DNA of 63,446 nucleotides, counting the filler. It is 7 parts of 7 records of this genome, joined end to end, with 100 filler letters (N's around TTAATTAATTAA, not from the genome) between each part and the next. Parts side by side here need not be neighbours in the genome. Positions count along the whole stretch, not along the records: positions 26,295 to 33,904 come from SRR31156797_42956; positions 34,005 to 39,418 come from SRR31156797_42969; positions 39,519 to 54,383 come from SRR31156797_42970; 4 more parts are not named here. One strand, written 5' to 3'. The notes below the pieces were generated by a model. It searched no databases and was not told the DNA's origin. It worked only from the letters and a program-made list of their open reading frames with translations. Shown here piece by piece: positions 28,421 through 39,520 of this stretch; the first letter of the stretch is position 1, and each line of letters starts with the position of its first letter. Both the position numbers and the translations under genes were made by a program.

Positions 28421-29215
28421 CTAGTGATCTTTTTCCCAGGCCTTGGAATCGACCCAGTACTTGATGTTTTCGTCGTAGCGGCCATCGGACTTGACCCAAC
28501 CGAAGAAGAGGTTGACCCACTGGCGCAGTGTTTCGTCTTCATGACGGACGGCGAAGGCCAGAGGCTGCTTGGACATGATGTCACCCACGAAGTGCGTGGA
28601 GTTCGGGGGGAAGGAAGCCAGGCTGCCGGAGATGGAAGTCTTGTCGTTGACAGCCACGTCAGCCTTGCCAGCCATGATGGCATTCAGGAGCATTGGGCCG
28701 CCACCTTTGTAAGACTTGATCTCAGCCTTGGGGAAGAGGCGTTTGGCATCAGCTTCGCCAGTACCGCCGAGCAGGACGGCGACTTTCATGCCTTCCTTGT
28801 TGATCTGGTCCCAGCTTGTGATCTTTGAATCGGCTTTGGTCACGGCCACGGAACCTGTGTAGTAGAATGCATCGGTGAAGGACACCTTGAGTGCACGCTG
28901 AAGGTTGGCGGTCATGTCTGCGGCCAACATGTCTGCTTTACCAGACAGCAGAGCAGGAATCAGGCCGTCCCAGTCGTAATCCAGAAATTTGATTTTGACG
29001 CCCATTTCTTTGGCCATCAGGCGGCAGAATTCGACAGAAGAACCGGTACGGTCACCATTTTTGTCCAGAAAACTGAACGGGGGACATTGGGTTTGGACGG
29101 CAACGCGAAGTTCGCCGCGCTTGACGATTTCAGCCAGTGCATCTGCAGATGCGGTAGAAGCTACGGCCAGCATCATGGACAGCATGAGTGCCAGGCAAAT
29201 TGAAAGACGTTTCAT
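28421..29215 (-). CDS. Polar amino-acid ABC substrate-binding protein
   Basis: Signal peptide; PPFSF, WDGLIPALLSGKAD; AGGAG RBS. Confidence 0.93.
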   Translation of the reverse strand: MKRLSICLALMLSMMLAVASTASADALAEIVKRGELRVAVQTQCPPFSFLDKNGDRTGSSVEFCRLMAKEMGVKIKFLDYDWDGLIPALLSGKADMLAADMTANLQRALKVSFTDAFYYTGSVAVTKADSKITSWDQINKEGMKVAVLLGGTGEADAKRLFPKAEIKSYKGGGPMLLNAIMAGKADVAVNDKTSISGSLASFPPNSTHFVGDIMSKQPLAFAVRHEDETLRQWVNLFFGWVKSDGRYDENIKYWVDSKAWEKDH

Positions 29216-29423
29216 TATTCCTCCTATAATGTTCAATAAAAAGTCTGATCTAATCCGAATATGAGCGAATTGCGGTCAGTGCCATAGTTAGGTCGGGTTT
29301 AGCCGTTTCTGCGGTCGCAGATTCGGCCATCGGGAACGCTACTGGATGTACTTGGCTTTTGCAAGAGCGTGTCGTTATTTTCTCGGCGTGAGAGTGAGGA
29401 TTATCAGGAGGTTGGAGAAACGG

Positions 29424-29457
29424 AAAAAGCCTCCGACAACATATGTTGTCAGAGGCT
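29424..29457 (-). terminator. Terminator downstream of tRNA-Arg
   Basis: AGCCTCCGACAACA-TA-TGTTGTCAGAGGCT hairpin with A-run. Confidence 0.7.
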
Positions 29458-29465
29458 ATATTCTC

Positions 29466-29542
29466 TGGTGCGCCCGGCACGATTCGAACGTGCGACCTTT
29501 CGGTTCGTAGCCGAATGCTCTATCCAGCTGAGCCACGGGCGC
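29466..29542 (-). tRNA. tRNA-Arg(ACG)
   Basis: Reverse complement GCGCCCGTGGCTCAGCTGGATAGAGCATTCGGCTACGAACCGAAAGGTCGCACGTTCGAATCGTGCCGGGCGCACCA; 77 nt, CCA encoded. Confidence 0.97.
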
Positions 29543-29593
29543 GTCGTGGAAAGACTGTTTATGCTTAGGGGGCGTTATACGTCAAGCACTTTT

Positions 29594-30025
29594 TTAGAAA
29601 TTTATTAATTTAGTGGAAAAAACATCAGAAAAACCCTCGACAAGTTCAGCCGATTTTCCTTCTATGCGTATCAATTCAGTGTCGGGATGCTCCGCAAAGT
29701 CCTTCATGTGCGGGCTTTTCAGGAGAAATAGCTTGATAATGGCGTTCACTGTTTGTTGTTTTTTGATGGGCGAGTACACTCCGGTGATGGACAGGGCTCT
29801 ATTTTCATCCCGTCGGTCGATGAGTATGCTGACATGTGGATTCTTTTTAAGGTTTTTGCTTTTTTTTGATGTCTTGGATGACAGAAAGTAAAATTTCATG
29901 ACTGCATGGTCTGCAAAGTAGTTCATCAGGGACGTGTGAGGCGTGTTGCCATCGGAAGTGGCCAGCACACAGATATCCTTACCCTTGACCATGTCTTCAA
30001 TGAGTTTCATTTTTTGCTTGCTCAT
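29594..30025 (-). CDS. Pyridoxamine 5'-phosphate oxidase-like FMN-binding protein
   Basis: CVLAT..PHTSLM, KSKNLKKNPHVSILID. Confidence 0.85.
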   Translation of the reverse strand: MSKQKMKLIEDMVKGKDICVLATSDGNTPHTSLMNYFADHAVMKFYFLSSKTSKKSKNLKKNPHVSILIDRRDENRALSITGVYSPIKKQQTVNAIIKLFLLKSPHMKDFAEHPDTELIRIEGKSAELVEGFSDVFSTKLINF

Positions 30026-30087
30026 ATGAGGGATACTACAGCACTCTTCCTCGCAGGGCCATTATATAATGAATAGGAAAATGCCGT

Positions 30088-30765
30088 ATGCTTACTCTCG
30101 ATGAAAAAATTGCCGGGACTGAGTCCCTTCTGCAGACATTGGTTGAAAATGTTGACCTTGAACGAGTGCGCGTAGCCTGGACTGGCGGTAAGGACTCTAC
30201 AGTTGTCCTTTTTATCTGGAAGGCTGTGCTCGACAATATAGGGGGAGGGCCTATCCATGCTATTAATTTGGATACCGGTTGCAAATTCCCTGAAGTCATG
30301 GCCTTTCGTGATGCTTTGACCGCAGAATGGGGTGTTGATTTGTATATTGCCCGTCCAAAAATCACATTGGACGGCTACCCGCTGGCAAAAGATCCACTTT
30401 CCTGTTGTCGTGAATTGAAAGTTGAACCGCTCAAACAGGCTGTTATCGAGACCGGAGCCTCACATGTTTTGAGTGGTATTCGTTTCGATGAACATCCAGA
30501 TCGCGCTGGGCGAAGTGCTGAAGAACAACGGGACAATCCTCCACATTATATGATTAATCCTATCCTTGATTGGACTGAAACAGATATCTGGGCTTTTCAT
30601 GACCGTTTCAATCTTCCGCATTGTGAACTCTATGACAAAGGGTATCGATCATTAGGATGTATGCCGTGTACGCAACGGCCAACGGACGGGGATGGCGAAC
30701 GGTCTGGGCGTGCAGCTTCCAAGGAAGCTGTCTTACCGACTTTGACCAGTCTTGGTTACTTCTAA
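30088..30765 (+). CDS. Phosphoadenosine phosphosulfate reductase family protein
   Basis: TGGKDS, DTG, CCRELKVEPL, PILDWTE, GYRSLGCMPCT. Confidence 0.9.
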   Translation: MLTLDEKIAGTESLLQTLVENVDLERVRVAWTGGKDSTVVLFIWKAVLDNIGGGPIHAINLDTGCKFPEVMAFRDALTAEWGVDLYIARPKITLDGYPLAKDPLSCCRELKVEPLKQAVIETGASHVLSGIRFDEHPDRAGRSAEEQRDNPPHYMINPILDWTETDIWAFHDRFNLPHCELYDKGYRSLGCMPCTQRPTDGDGERSGRAASKEAVLPTLTSLGYF

Positions 30766-31097
30766 TTTTCACATGAAAAAGTCCTGATTTGTTCGTTTGG
30801 ATGGTATTTACTGTTTTTGTTTGAGATTTTTTTCACAAAATTCCACCCTTTTTTGTATCTATTTATATGGGCCTATGTACCGGAAGCCTTTTATTCCAAT
30901 ATATCAGACGATTATTGGTTTGTTTTTGTATGGCTTTTTTTAGGGTTTGGGTCTTGACCAAACAGTATTCTTCCCATAAGACCTCATGGTTACTAGGCTA
31001 AGGGTAAAGTGCATTCGCACTGAAATTCGGTTGGAGGTGAACCGAATTTTCACGTGTCTGTTGTACTCGTTCTCCATTCTTTTGAAACGAGGTCTTC

Positions 31098-32996
31098 ATG
31101 TCGAATTTGCTACTGCTTCTCATTCTCCTGCCAGTGGTTTCAGCATTGGTCTGCTATTTCGTTCGGTCTTCCGCCGTTCGAAAGCTGACAGTGCTCGGTA
31201 CTGCTGTGGTCCTGACGCTTGCGTCTGTGGGACTGCTTATGCAGGGGACTTTTGAGCCGATTGCAGTCGGTTCATTCCTCGGCATCAGCAGCGATTTCCT
31301 GATTACGGTTCTGGATTTCGCATTGTTGGGTGTCATTTTTTATCTCGGTCTCAAACACAAGAGCTTACTGATTCAGGGTTTCACTCTGGCTCAGGCTGCA
31401 CTGCTCGTTTGGTTTGAAGTTGTTGTGCTTGAGCACGACGCCGTTCCCGCTCTTGTGGGTGATCAGCTCGCTCTGATTATGGTTCTGGTGATTTCTATCA
31501 TTGGTTCCCTGATCTGCGTGTTTGCCATTCCTTATATGAAGGAACACGAGGAGCATCTGCACCTGAAGAAGTCTCGCCAGCCGCGATTCTTTTTCTATCT
31601 GGTGTTGTTCCTTGGCGCCATGAACGGTTTGGTTCTGTCCAATAATATTCTGTGGATGTATTTCTTCTTTGAAGTCACCACGTTGTGTTCCTTTATGCTG
31701 ATCGGTCATGATGCCACCGAGATTGCTACCAAGAACGCTGTCCGCGCATTGTGGATGAACGCTCTTGGCGGTCTGGCTTTCGTTGTCGGCATGATGCTGG
31801 TCTACATGAAGGCTGGAACTCTGGACATCTCTGCAATTCTTGCTGCCGGCCCTCAGGGCGCGCTCATGATTACTGGTGTTGGCTTTCTGTGTCTCGCCGG
31901 TTTCACCAAAGCCGCTCAGGTACCGTTCCAGAGTTGGTTGCTTGGTGCCATGGTCGCTCCGACCCCGGTTTCCGCTCTCCTGCACTCTTCCACCATGGTC
32001 AAGGCCGGTGTTTTCGTGGTTCTGCGTTTCGCTCCCGCGTATGTTGGCACCTTCCTTTCCACTGGTGTTGCCATCTGTGGCGCGTTCACTTTCGTGACTT
32101 GCGCAGCGTTGGCCATCGGTCAGTCCAATGGTAAGAAAATCCTGGCGTATTCCACTATCTCCAACCTTGGTTTGATCATTTGCTGTGCGGGTATCAATAC
32201 TCCGCTGGCATTGACCGCCGCTGCCATGTTGATCGTGTTCCACGCCGTTTCCAAGTCTTTGCTGTTCCTCTGTGTCGGCACGATCGAGCAGGCCATCGGC
32301 TCTCGTGACATCGAAGATATGCGCGGCTTGTATGCCAAACTTCCCCGTACCGCTTTGATCACCGTGATCGGTATCCTGACAATGCTCCTGCCGCCGTTTG
32401 GTGTGCTCATGTGCAAGTGGATGGCTATCGAAGCCGGTGCTGATACCAACATCTTCATTGTGACCATGCTCGCATTGGGTTCCGCATTGACGGTTGTTTA
32501 CTGGGCTCGTTGGGGCGGTTCCATGATGAGTTCCCGCGAACAGGATACCCGGACTGAATCCCAGCCCATGCTCACCAGCCTGCCGCTGATGTTGTTGTGC
32601 GGGGGTGCCATTGTCCTGTCTCTGGCTTCTCCCTGGATCTATAATTCTATGCTGGCTCCCTGGCTCGGCACAGCTCCGTTCACTGTGAGCTTCGGCTCCT
32701 TGAACTCCGCCACCGGCTCCTTTGCCGTGGTTCCGCTGTTCCTTGCTTTGGGTCTGGGCGTGCTTTTCGCTGCCAAGGCCGCTGCCGGTTTCCGCAAGGT
32801 CAAGATTATGCCGCCTTATTTGGGTGGCGCGAATTCATCTACAGATGGTACTTACATCGGCCCCATGAATGGCGACGTACCGTTTGCAGCTGGCAACATG
32901 TATCTGGGCGAGCTGTTCGCTGAAGGGAAGCTGACGCCTATCTTCAACGCACTCGCGATCGCTTTGATTGTGCTTATGCTGGGAGGGGCGATCTAA
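31098..32996 (+). CDS. echA: Ech hydrogenase subunit A (NuoL-like)
   Basis: TKAAQVPFQSWLLGAMVAPTPVSALLHSSTMVKAG; followed by NuoH-like and small-subunit genes. Confidence 0.9.
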   Translation: MSNLLLLLILLPVVSALVCYFVRSSAVRKLTVLGTAVVLTLASVGLLMQGTFEPIAVGSFLGISSDFLITVLDFALLGVIFYLGLKHKSLLIQGFTLAQAALLVWFEVVVLEHDAVPALVGDQLALIMVLVISIIGSLICVFAIPYMKEHEEHLHLKKSRQPRFFFYLVLFLGAMNGLVLSNNILWMYFFFEVTTLCSFMLIGHDATEIATKNAVRALWMNALGGLAFVVGMMLVYMKAGTLDISAILAAGPQGALMITGVGFLCLAGFTKAAQVPFQSWLLGAMVAPTPVSALLHSSTMVKAGVFVVLRFAPAYVGTFLSTGVAICGAFTFVTCAALAIGQSNGKKILAYSTISNLGLIICCAGINTPLALTAAAMLIVFHAVSKSLLFLCVGTIEQAIGSRDIEDMRGLYAKLPRTALITVIGILTMLLPPFGVLMCKWMAIEAGADTNIFIVTMLALGSALTVVYWARWGGSMMSSREQDTRTESQPMLTSLPLMLLCGGAIVLSLASPWIYNSMLAPWLGTAPFTVSFGSLNSATGSFAVVPLFLALGLGVLFAAKAAAGFRKVKIMPPYLGGANSSTDGTYIGPMNGDVPFAAGNMYLGELFAEGKLTPIFNALAIALIVLMLGGAI

Positions 32997-33844
32997 TGGA
33001 TACTCTTATTCTCGTTATCATCGGACTCATTGCCGGACCACTTTTGGGTGGTCTCATCGCAGGTCTGGACAGGCGCGTCACTGCGTGGTTCCAGTCTCGT
33101 CAGGGTCCTCCGATCACACAGGCCTTCTATGATGTGGCCAAACTGTTCGGTAAGGAAAAAGTAGTGGTCAACCAGTGGCAGATTCTCTGCGCCTGGGTAT
33201 ACATGATCGCTGCTGCTATCTCTTTGGCACTGTTCTTTGCTCAGAGTGATCTCCTGCTCATCTTCTTTGTGCAGGCTGTCGGTGCGGTCTTCTTGGTCAT
33301 GGGTGCCATGGCTACCAAGTCCCCGTATTCTCAAGTGGGCGCACAGCGCGAATTGATGCAGATTCTTGCTTACGAGCCGGTTTTGATTATGGTCTTTGTC
33401 GGCTTTTACATGGTCACTGGTTCCTTCTCTCTGGACGCTGTCTGGTCTCAGGAAATGCCGCTCATCTCCAAGATGCCGCTGCTTTATCTGGCTCTGGGCT
33501 ATGCCTTGACCATCAAATTGAGAAAGTCTCCGTTTGACTTCTCCACGTCCCATCACGGCCATCAGGAATTGGTTAAAGGTGTGCTCACCGAATATTCCGG
33601 TCCCTATTTGGCTCTGGTAGAAATCGCCCACTGGTACGAGACCATTTTGGTTCTCGGTCTGTGCGCCGTCTTCTGGCATACCAATGTCATCTGGATGGCT
33701 GTTCTGCTGGTGGTCACATACATGCTTGAAATCTTGGTGGACAACACCATGGCTCGCATGACCTGGCGCTGGATGCTCAAGCGTGTCTGGCTGCTCGGTA
33801 TGGGCCTGTCCATCGTCAATCTCATCTGGCTGTACGCGAGGTAA
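32996..33844 (+). CDS. echB: Ech hydrogenase subunit B (NuoH-like)
   Basis: QSRQGPP, KSPFDFSTSHHGHQELVKG, ARMTW. Confidence 0.9.
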   Translation: MDTLILVIIGLIAGPLLGGLIAGLDRRVTAWFQSRQGPPITQAFYDVAKLFGKEKVVVNQWQILCAWVYMIAAAISLALFFAQSDLLLIFFVQAVGAVFLVMGAMATKSPYSQVGAQRELMQILAYEPVLIMVFVGFYMVTGSFSLDAVWSQEMPLISKMPLLYLALGYALTIKLRKSPFDFSTSHHGHQELVKGVLTEYSGPYLALVEIAHWYETILVLGLCAVFWHTNVIWMAVLLVVTYMLEILVDNTMARMTWRWMLKRVWLLGMGLSIVNLIWLYAR

Positions 33845-33847
33845 ATC

Positions 33848-33904
33848 ATGTTTGGATCATTCATCAAGAAATCTCGCGCCAAGTCTCCGTGGATCATGCA
33901 TTTT
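33848..33904 (+). CDS. echC: Ech hydrogenase subunit C, N-terminal fragment
   Basis: MFGSFIKKSRAKSPWIMHF; cut by contig edge; position after echB. Confidence 0.75.
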
Positions 33905-34004
33905 NNNNNNNNNNNNNNNNNNNNNNNNNNNNNNNNNNNNNNNNNNNNTTAATTAATTAANNNNNNNNNNNNNNNNNNNNNNNNNNNNNNNNNNNNNNNN
34001 NNNN
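33905..34004. other. Artificial contig spacer
   Basis: N-run with TTAATTAATTAA. Confidence 0.98.
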
Positions 34005-34430
34005 CTGGAAAAAGCCCGCCTGAAAGAGTTGAGCGACGCTCTCTATGAGCGTTTCCTATCCGGAGAAATCCAGAAGGTATGGGTACTGGGTAAAATCTAT
34101 AAAAACTCTCTGGAGCAGGACACCGTACTGAAGCAGGTCCTGCCTCTTGCACTTGAAGAGACTGAGCTCTCTCCGCTTAGCACTGAGCCGGGAGGAGATC
34201 AGATGGCCAAGGAGTACGGCCAGATTTATCTGGTAGACACTTTGCGCTGTTATTCCGGTCATTCCTTTCTCAGTGAGCATTCTGCCCGGTTAACCGCAAT
34301 GGAGAACGCCACAAATAACTCGGAAGACATGATTGATAAGTATAAAAACATGCAGAACCATGCCCGGCAGGCTACGATCACCAACGAATTGATCGAGATT
34401 GTATCCGGCAAAGAAGCATTGAAGGGGTAA
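34005..34430 (+). CDS. atpG: F1 ATP synthase gamma subunit (5'-truncated)
   Basis: SEHSARLTAMENATNN, RQATITNELIEIVSG. Confidence 0.95.
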   Translation: MEKARLKELSDALYERFLSGEIQKVWVLGKIYKNSLEQDTVLKQVLPLALEETELSPLSTEPGGDQMAKEYGQIYLVDTLRCYSGHSFLSEHSARLTAMENATNNSEDMIDKYKNMQNHARQATITNELIEIVSGKEALKG

Positions 34431-35845
<1,415 letters not shown>

Positions 35846-35846
<1 letters not shown>

Positions 35847-36100
35847 TGAACGAGACCTTTCAACTCCAGATCCTTGAGGACGATCTCCTCCACTATTCGG
35901 GAGAGGCTCAGTTTTGTTCCATTCACACAACAGTCGGATCCATCGGCTTTGAGCCCCGGCATGAAGACTTCGCCGGGGTCCTTCTGCCAGGCAGCAGCCT
36001 GTGTTTCCGGGATGCCCGGGGCGTAGAGAAGGAATTGAAGGTAGGCTGGGGGATGTTGTTCTTCGGAGACAACCGTTGTATTGTTACCATGGCCGGTTGA
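35846..36100 (+). CDS. atpC: F1 epsilon subunit, short (N-terminal domain only)
   Basis: Directly after atpD; GSIGFEPRH matches G.(L/I)G..P.H; 84 aa. Confidence 0.75.
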
Positions 36101-36147
36101 ACTTCCGGAATACAACCAATATGAGGCCGAACGTATAATGGAGAAAT

Positions 36148-36837
36148 ATGGATAAGGAAGTCCTGACTCTTGCCGAAACGGCGTTATATTTGAAGGTCTC
36201 AGAAAAAACAATACGCAGACTTATAGATGAAGACTCCATCCCCTGTGCCAAGGTCGGCGGTCAGTGGCGCTTTATGAGGACGATGCTTCAGCACTGGCTC
36301 CAGTCTCAGATGAAGGTGGTTCCCCAGCAGCACTACATGGACACTCTTATGTCCCATAAGGAGGCCATCTCTATCAGCAGTCTGATAGATCCGGCTTGTG
36401 TCTATTGGGATCTCGAGAGTTCATCGACTGATATGATTCTGGATTTTCTGTCACGGGCTCTTCATAAAAGCGGCGCCATCGAGAGCAAGGATAAGTTTCT
36501 TATTCAGCTTCTGGAGCGGGAAAGGATGATGTCCACAGGAATCGGTAACGGGCTTGCCCTGCCTCATCCGCGAATATCGGGACAGCCGCCTGTACTCAGG
36601 AGTGCATTGGCTATCGGGTTTTCCCGGGAAGGAATCGACTTCGACTCCATCGACGGGAAGAAAACACATCTTTTTGTTGTGATCGCCTCCCATATCGATC
36701 CGATTCATCTCAGGATTCTTTCCTTCTTTTCCAAGCTTGCCGGGAGTGATGACTTTCTCCCCGCTCTGGAAAAATTGAAGAATAAGAGTGAGTTTTTAAG
36801 TTTTCTGGTTGAAAAAGAGACTGAGCTGATGAGCTGA
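36148..36837 (+). CDS. Excisionase-type HTH fused to PTS EIIA (Fru/Ntr-type)
   Basis: LTLAETALYLKVSEKTI..KVGGQWRF; RERMMSTGIGNGLALPH; FDSIDG. Confidence 0.9.
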   Translation: MDKEVLTLAETALYLKVSEKTIRRLIDEDSIPCAKVGGQWRFMRTMLQHWLQSQMKVVPQQHYMDTLMSHKEAISISSLIDPACVYWDLESSSTDMILDFLSRALHKSGAIESKDKFLIQLLERERMMSTGIGNGLALPHPRISGQPPVLRSALAIGFSREGIDFDSIDGKKTHLFVVIASHIDPIHLRILSFFSKLAGSDDFLPALEKLKNKSEFLSFLVEKETELMS

Positions 36838-37337
36838 TTTCCGCCCTGCTCCGGACGGGTAGTTATTCGTTATGAGCATTGAAGTGTTCTTTCCTAAATG
36901 CGGAATAACAGATTTTAGAAACTCACATTCAAGATCTTGAATTGTATAAGACCCAATTGAAAAATGTTGAGCATCAACTGAGAATAATAAGCAATATGGA
37001 AGCCCCCCCCACTCGATTCTTCATCAAACCGTTTTTATTATATAAACAGACCGGATCATAGGAGGGTGAAGGTGGTAGGAGAACATGTCGAGTTCAAACC
37101 CGAGCATCATGGGAGCCTCGGGATTCTGGAAGGGGTGATAAGGCGGAAGCTCTGGAAAATGAGGAAATGATGGATTGATTCCCTGAAGGAGGAGGTTGAG
37201 GTTTTAAGCAATCCACTAAGTGAAACCGTCTCGACAGCATCGGGACGGTTCGGATCAAATCCTTAAAAGAATCAATAATCAGTTCCTACTCATCTGATAC
37301 AATGAAAGGCGATACTGGATTCATTAGAACCTGAGTT

Positions 37338-38102
37338 TTAAGTGAATAGATAGCTCGTCATAGATAAAGAACCCAAAATCCTAGCCTCGTTCAAAACGGT
37401 TATATTATCCTTTCCGTCTGATGCTCCCAGGATATAGAACAGAGGATCAAGGTGATCTGTTGTCGGGACTGCGAGGGCAGATAGTTCTTTCTGGCTGGTG
37501 TAATTCATTACAGAACTGTAATTTCTTTTCAGAATGGAGTCTTTTACAAAGTGATCAAAAGTATTGCTCCATTCTGTTCCTGAATGGGAAAGGTTTACAT
37601 CCATAAGTCTCAGGTTGTGAACTACATTTCCTGAACCGATGATGAAAACACCTTCATCCCTGAATTTCTTCAGTTCGTATCCCAGTTTGTAGTGATCCTC
37701 CGGCGAAGCCTGGGCATTCACACTGATCTGTACAACTGGAATCTCTTTCTGCGGATACATATGGACAAGGACGGACCAGGCCCCATGATCAAGTCCCCAG
37801 TCGTTCCTGATATTTACTGGCGTCGAAAGGGATCTGATAATATTATCAGAAAGCTCTTTAGAACCCTTTACCCTGTAGTCAAGTTCATACAGCTCCCGTG
37901 GAAAACCGTACATATCGTTAATGACGTCGGGCTCTTCCTTGTCCTGAATCTGGGTCCCTTTGGTAAACCAATGGGCTGAAATCATCAAAATGGCCTTTGG
38001 TTTTACAGAAAGGCCTATTCTTCTCCATTCTCTTGTGAAGGGATTATCTTCTATAGCATTCATGGGTGAACCATGGCCGACGAAAAGGGCAGGCATTCTC
38101 AT
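37338..38102 (-). CDS. 4,5-DOPA extradiol dioxygenase (DODA/YgiD family)
   Basis: FVGHGSPMN, ISAHW, GLDHGAW, GSGNVVHNL, SLSMTS. Confidence 0.92.
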   Translation of the reverse strand: MRMPALFVGHGSPMNAIEDNPFTREWRRIGLSVKPKAILMISAHWFTKGTQIQDKEEPDVINDMYGFPRELYELDYRVKGSKELSDNIIRSLSTPVNIRNDWGLDHGAWSVLVHMYPQKEIPVVQISVNAQASPEDHYKLGYELKKFRDEGVFIIGSGNVVHNLRLMDVNLSHSGTEWSNTFDHFVKDSILKRNYSSVMNYTSQKELSALAVPTTDHLDPLFYILGASDGKDNITVLNEARILGSLSMTSYLFT

Positions 38103-38179
38103 GGCAATCTCCTTATACCCGTAACAGCAGGGCCGGGGAATGTAACAACATTGTGCAGCGTCCCGTCCCTCCTCGTATC

Positions 38180-38722
38180 TTAACTCTGGATCTCTTCCTG
38201 AATCTGCTTAAAAAGGTTTTTAATATTACCATCAACCTTGTCTTCCTGCAGATTTCCAGCTTCATTAAAGGCTTCCCAGATGGGACTTATGCCTACCTGT
38301 TCTGTTACTGGTTTCATACCCAGAAACTCGACGATGGAAGTGAGTTGTTTAATGGCGTTAACTGCTCCGCTGCCTCCATAGCCTACGAATCCTACAGGCT
38401 TATCTTTCCATTCCCTGTAGAGATGGTCCAGAGCATTTTTCAGCGCAGGTGAATACCCGTGGTTGTACTCGGGGGTTACAAAGATTAAGCCGTCGGCTTC
38501 TTCTATGGCCTGACTCCATTTTTTTGTAGATTCATGGTCATAGGACTCTGCCGTCATAGGTGGTACCGGCTCATTAAAGAAGGGAAGGTCCCATTCTTTT
38601 AAATCCAGCAATTCCAGATTTACTGCATTCTCTTCTCCTTTGCTCATTACCCAATCAGCTACAGCCTTACCGGCTCTTTGTGATCTTACGCTTCCTAATA
38701 ATACCTTGATTGTCTTTGACAT
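38180..38722 (-). CDS. NADPH-dependent FMN reductase
   Basis: GSVR, TPEYNHGYSPALKNALD, WKDKP. Confidence 0.92.
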   Translation of the reverse strand: MSKTIKVLLGSVRSQRAGKAVADWVMSKGEENAVNLELLDLKEWDLPFFNEPVPPMTAESYDHESTKKWSQAIEEADGLIFVTPEYNHGYSPALKNALDHLYREWKDKPVGFVGYGGSGAVNAIKQLTSIVEFLGMKPVTEQVGISPIWEAFNEAGNLQEDKVDGNIKNLFKQIQEEIQS

Positions 38723-38747
38723 CCTAAACTCCTGTGTGTTGTCGGAT

Positions 38748-39206
38748 CTACTCTGAATCCCTCAGCTTATCCAAAAGGGCTGACAAGATATCCAGTTCCT
38801 CATCGCTCAAACGATGTTCTGTCTGTCTTTGACTGTTCCAAACCTGTTCTATGGCAAGACGGAACAGGTCTTTTCCTTCCTTTGTAATGCTTATATTCAC
38901 CTTTCTTCGATTTTCCGGGCATATCTGTCGATCCACCAGATTTTTCCGGAGCAGTCTATCGATAATACGGGTCACATTACTGGATTTTTGAACCATTCTC
39001 TTTTGTAGCTGCGACACGGATAGAGGACTGTCTCCTGCTCCGTAGAGGCTGTTGAGTACATTGTACTGAGGCTCTGTCAGATCAACTCCCTTCAGGGTCC
39101 GGTTCATGGTGTCTACTAGCCAGTGTCCTGTATAGATGATGTTGACAATCCCCTTATTGTAGGGATTCTTAAACCTTTGAACCTTGATATCAGTATGTAT
39201 ACTCAC
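38748..39206 (-). CDS. MarR family transcriptional regulator
   Basis: LTEPQYNVL, SNVTRIIDRL, ENRRKVNISITKEG; GTG start after GAGG. Confidence 0.9.
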   Translation of the reverse strand: MSIHTDIKVQRFKNPYNKGIVNIIYTGHWLVDTMNRTLKGVDLTEPQYNVLNSLYGAGDSPLSVSQLQKRMVQKSSNVTRIIDRLLRKNLVDRQICPENRRKVNISITKEGKDLFRLAIEQVWNSQRQTEHRLSDEELDILSALLDKLRDSE

Positions 39207-39214
39207 CTTAACCT

Positions 39215-39241
39215 CTGTATGTACAATAGTTGTATATACAA
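39215..39241. promoter_or_regulatory. Probable MarR operator (tandem palindromes)
   Basis: Perfect TTGTATATACAA (39230-39241) plus imperfect CTGTATGTACAA (39215-39226) just upstream of marR. Confidence 0.6.
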
Positions 39242-39305
39242 TAAAGTAGTCAGTTAGTGACTGAAAGTCAAGTATCTGAGTCATGTTTGAAGAAATAAGA
39301 CATCC

Positions 39306-39418
39306 AATGCTGTCATTTTGGAAGGCAATCTGGCAAGAGATTCTGAGGTGAACCTGATCCCCAAGGGCTCCCCGGTTTGCAAGTTTTTTGTGGCCAGCAA
39401 CCGCTACTACAAGTCAGA
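39306..39418 (+). pseudogene. ssb-like fragment lacking a start codon
   Basis: NAVILEGNLARD..PKGSPVCKFFVASNRYYK; in-frame TGA at 39288 with no ATG/GTG/TTG before the homologous part. Confidence 0.55.
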
Positions 39419-39518
39419 NNNNNNNNNNNNNNNNNNNNNNNNNNNNNNNNNNNNNNNNNNNNTTAATTAATTAANNNNNNNNNNNNNNNNNNNNNNNNNN
39501 NNNNNNNNNNNNNNNNNN
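39419..39518. other. Artificial contig spacer
   Basis: N-run with TTAATTAATTAA. Confidence 0.98.
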
Positions 39519-39520
39519 CC

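Noticed and set aside
36840-37337. Gene or ncRNA in the 500-nt gap after the HTH-PTS gene
   Set aside because: Only short broken frames and one hairpin (about 37222-37251); nothing assignable.
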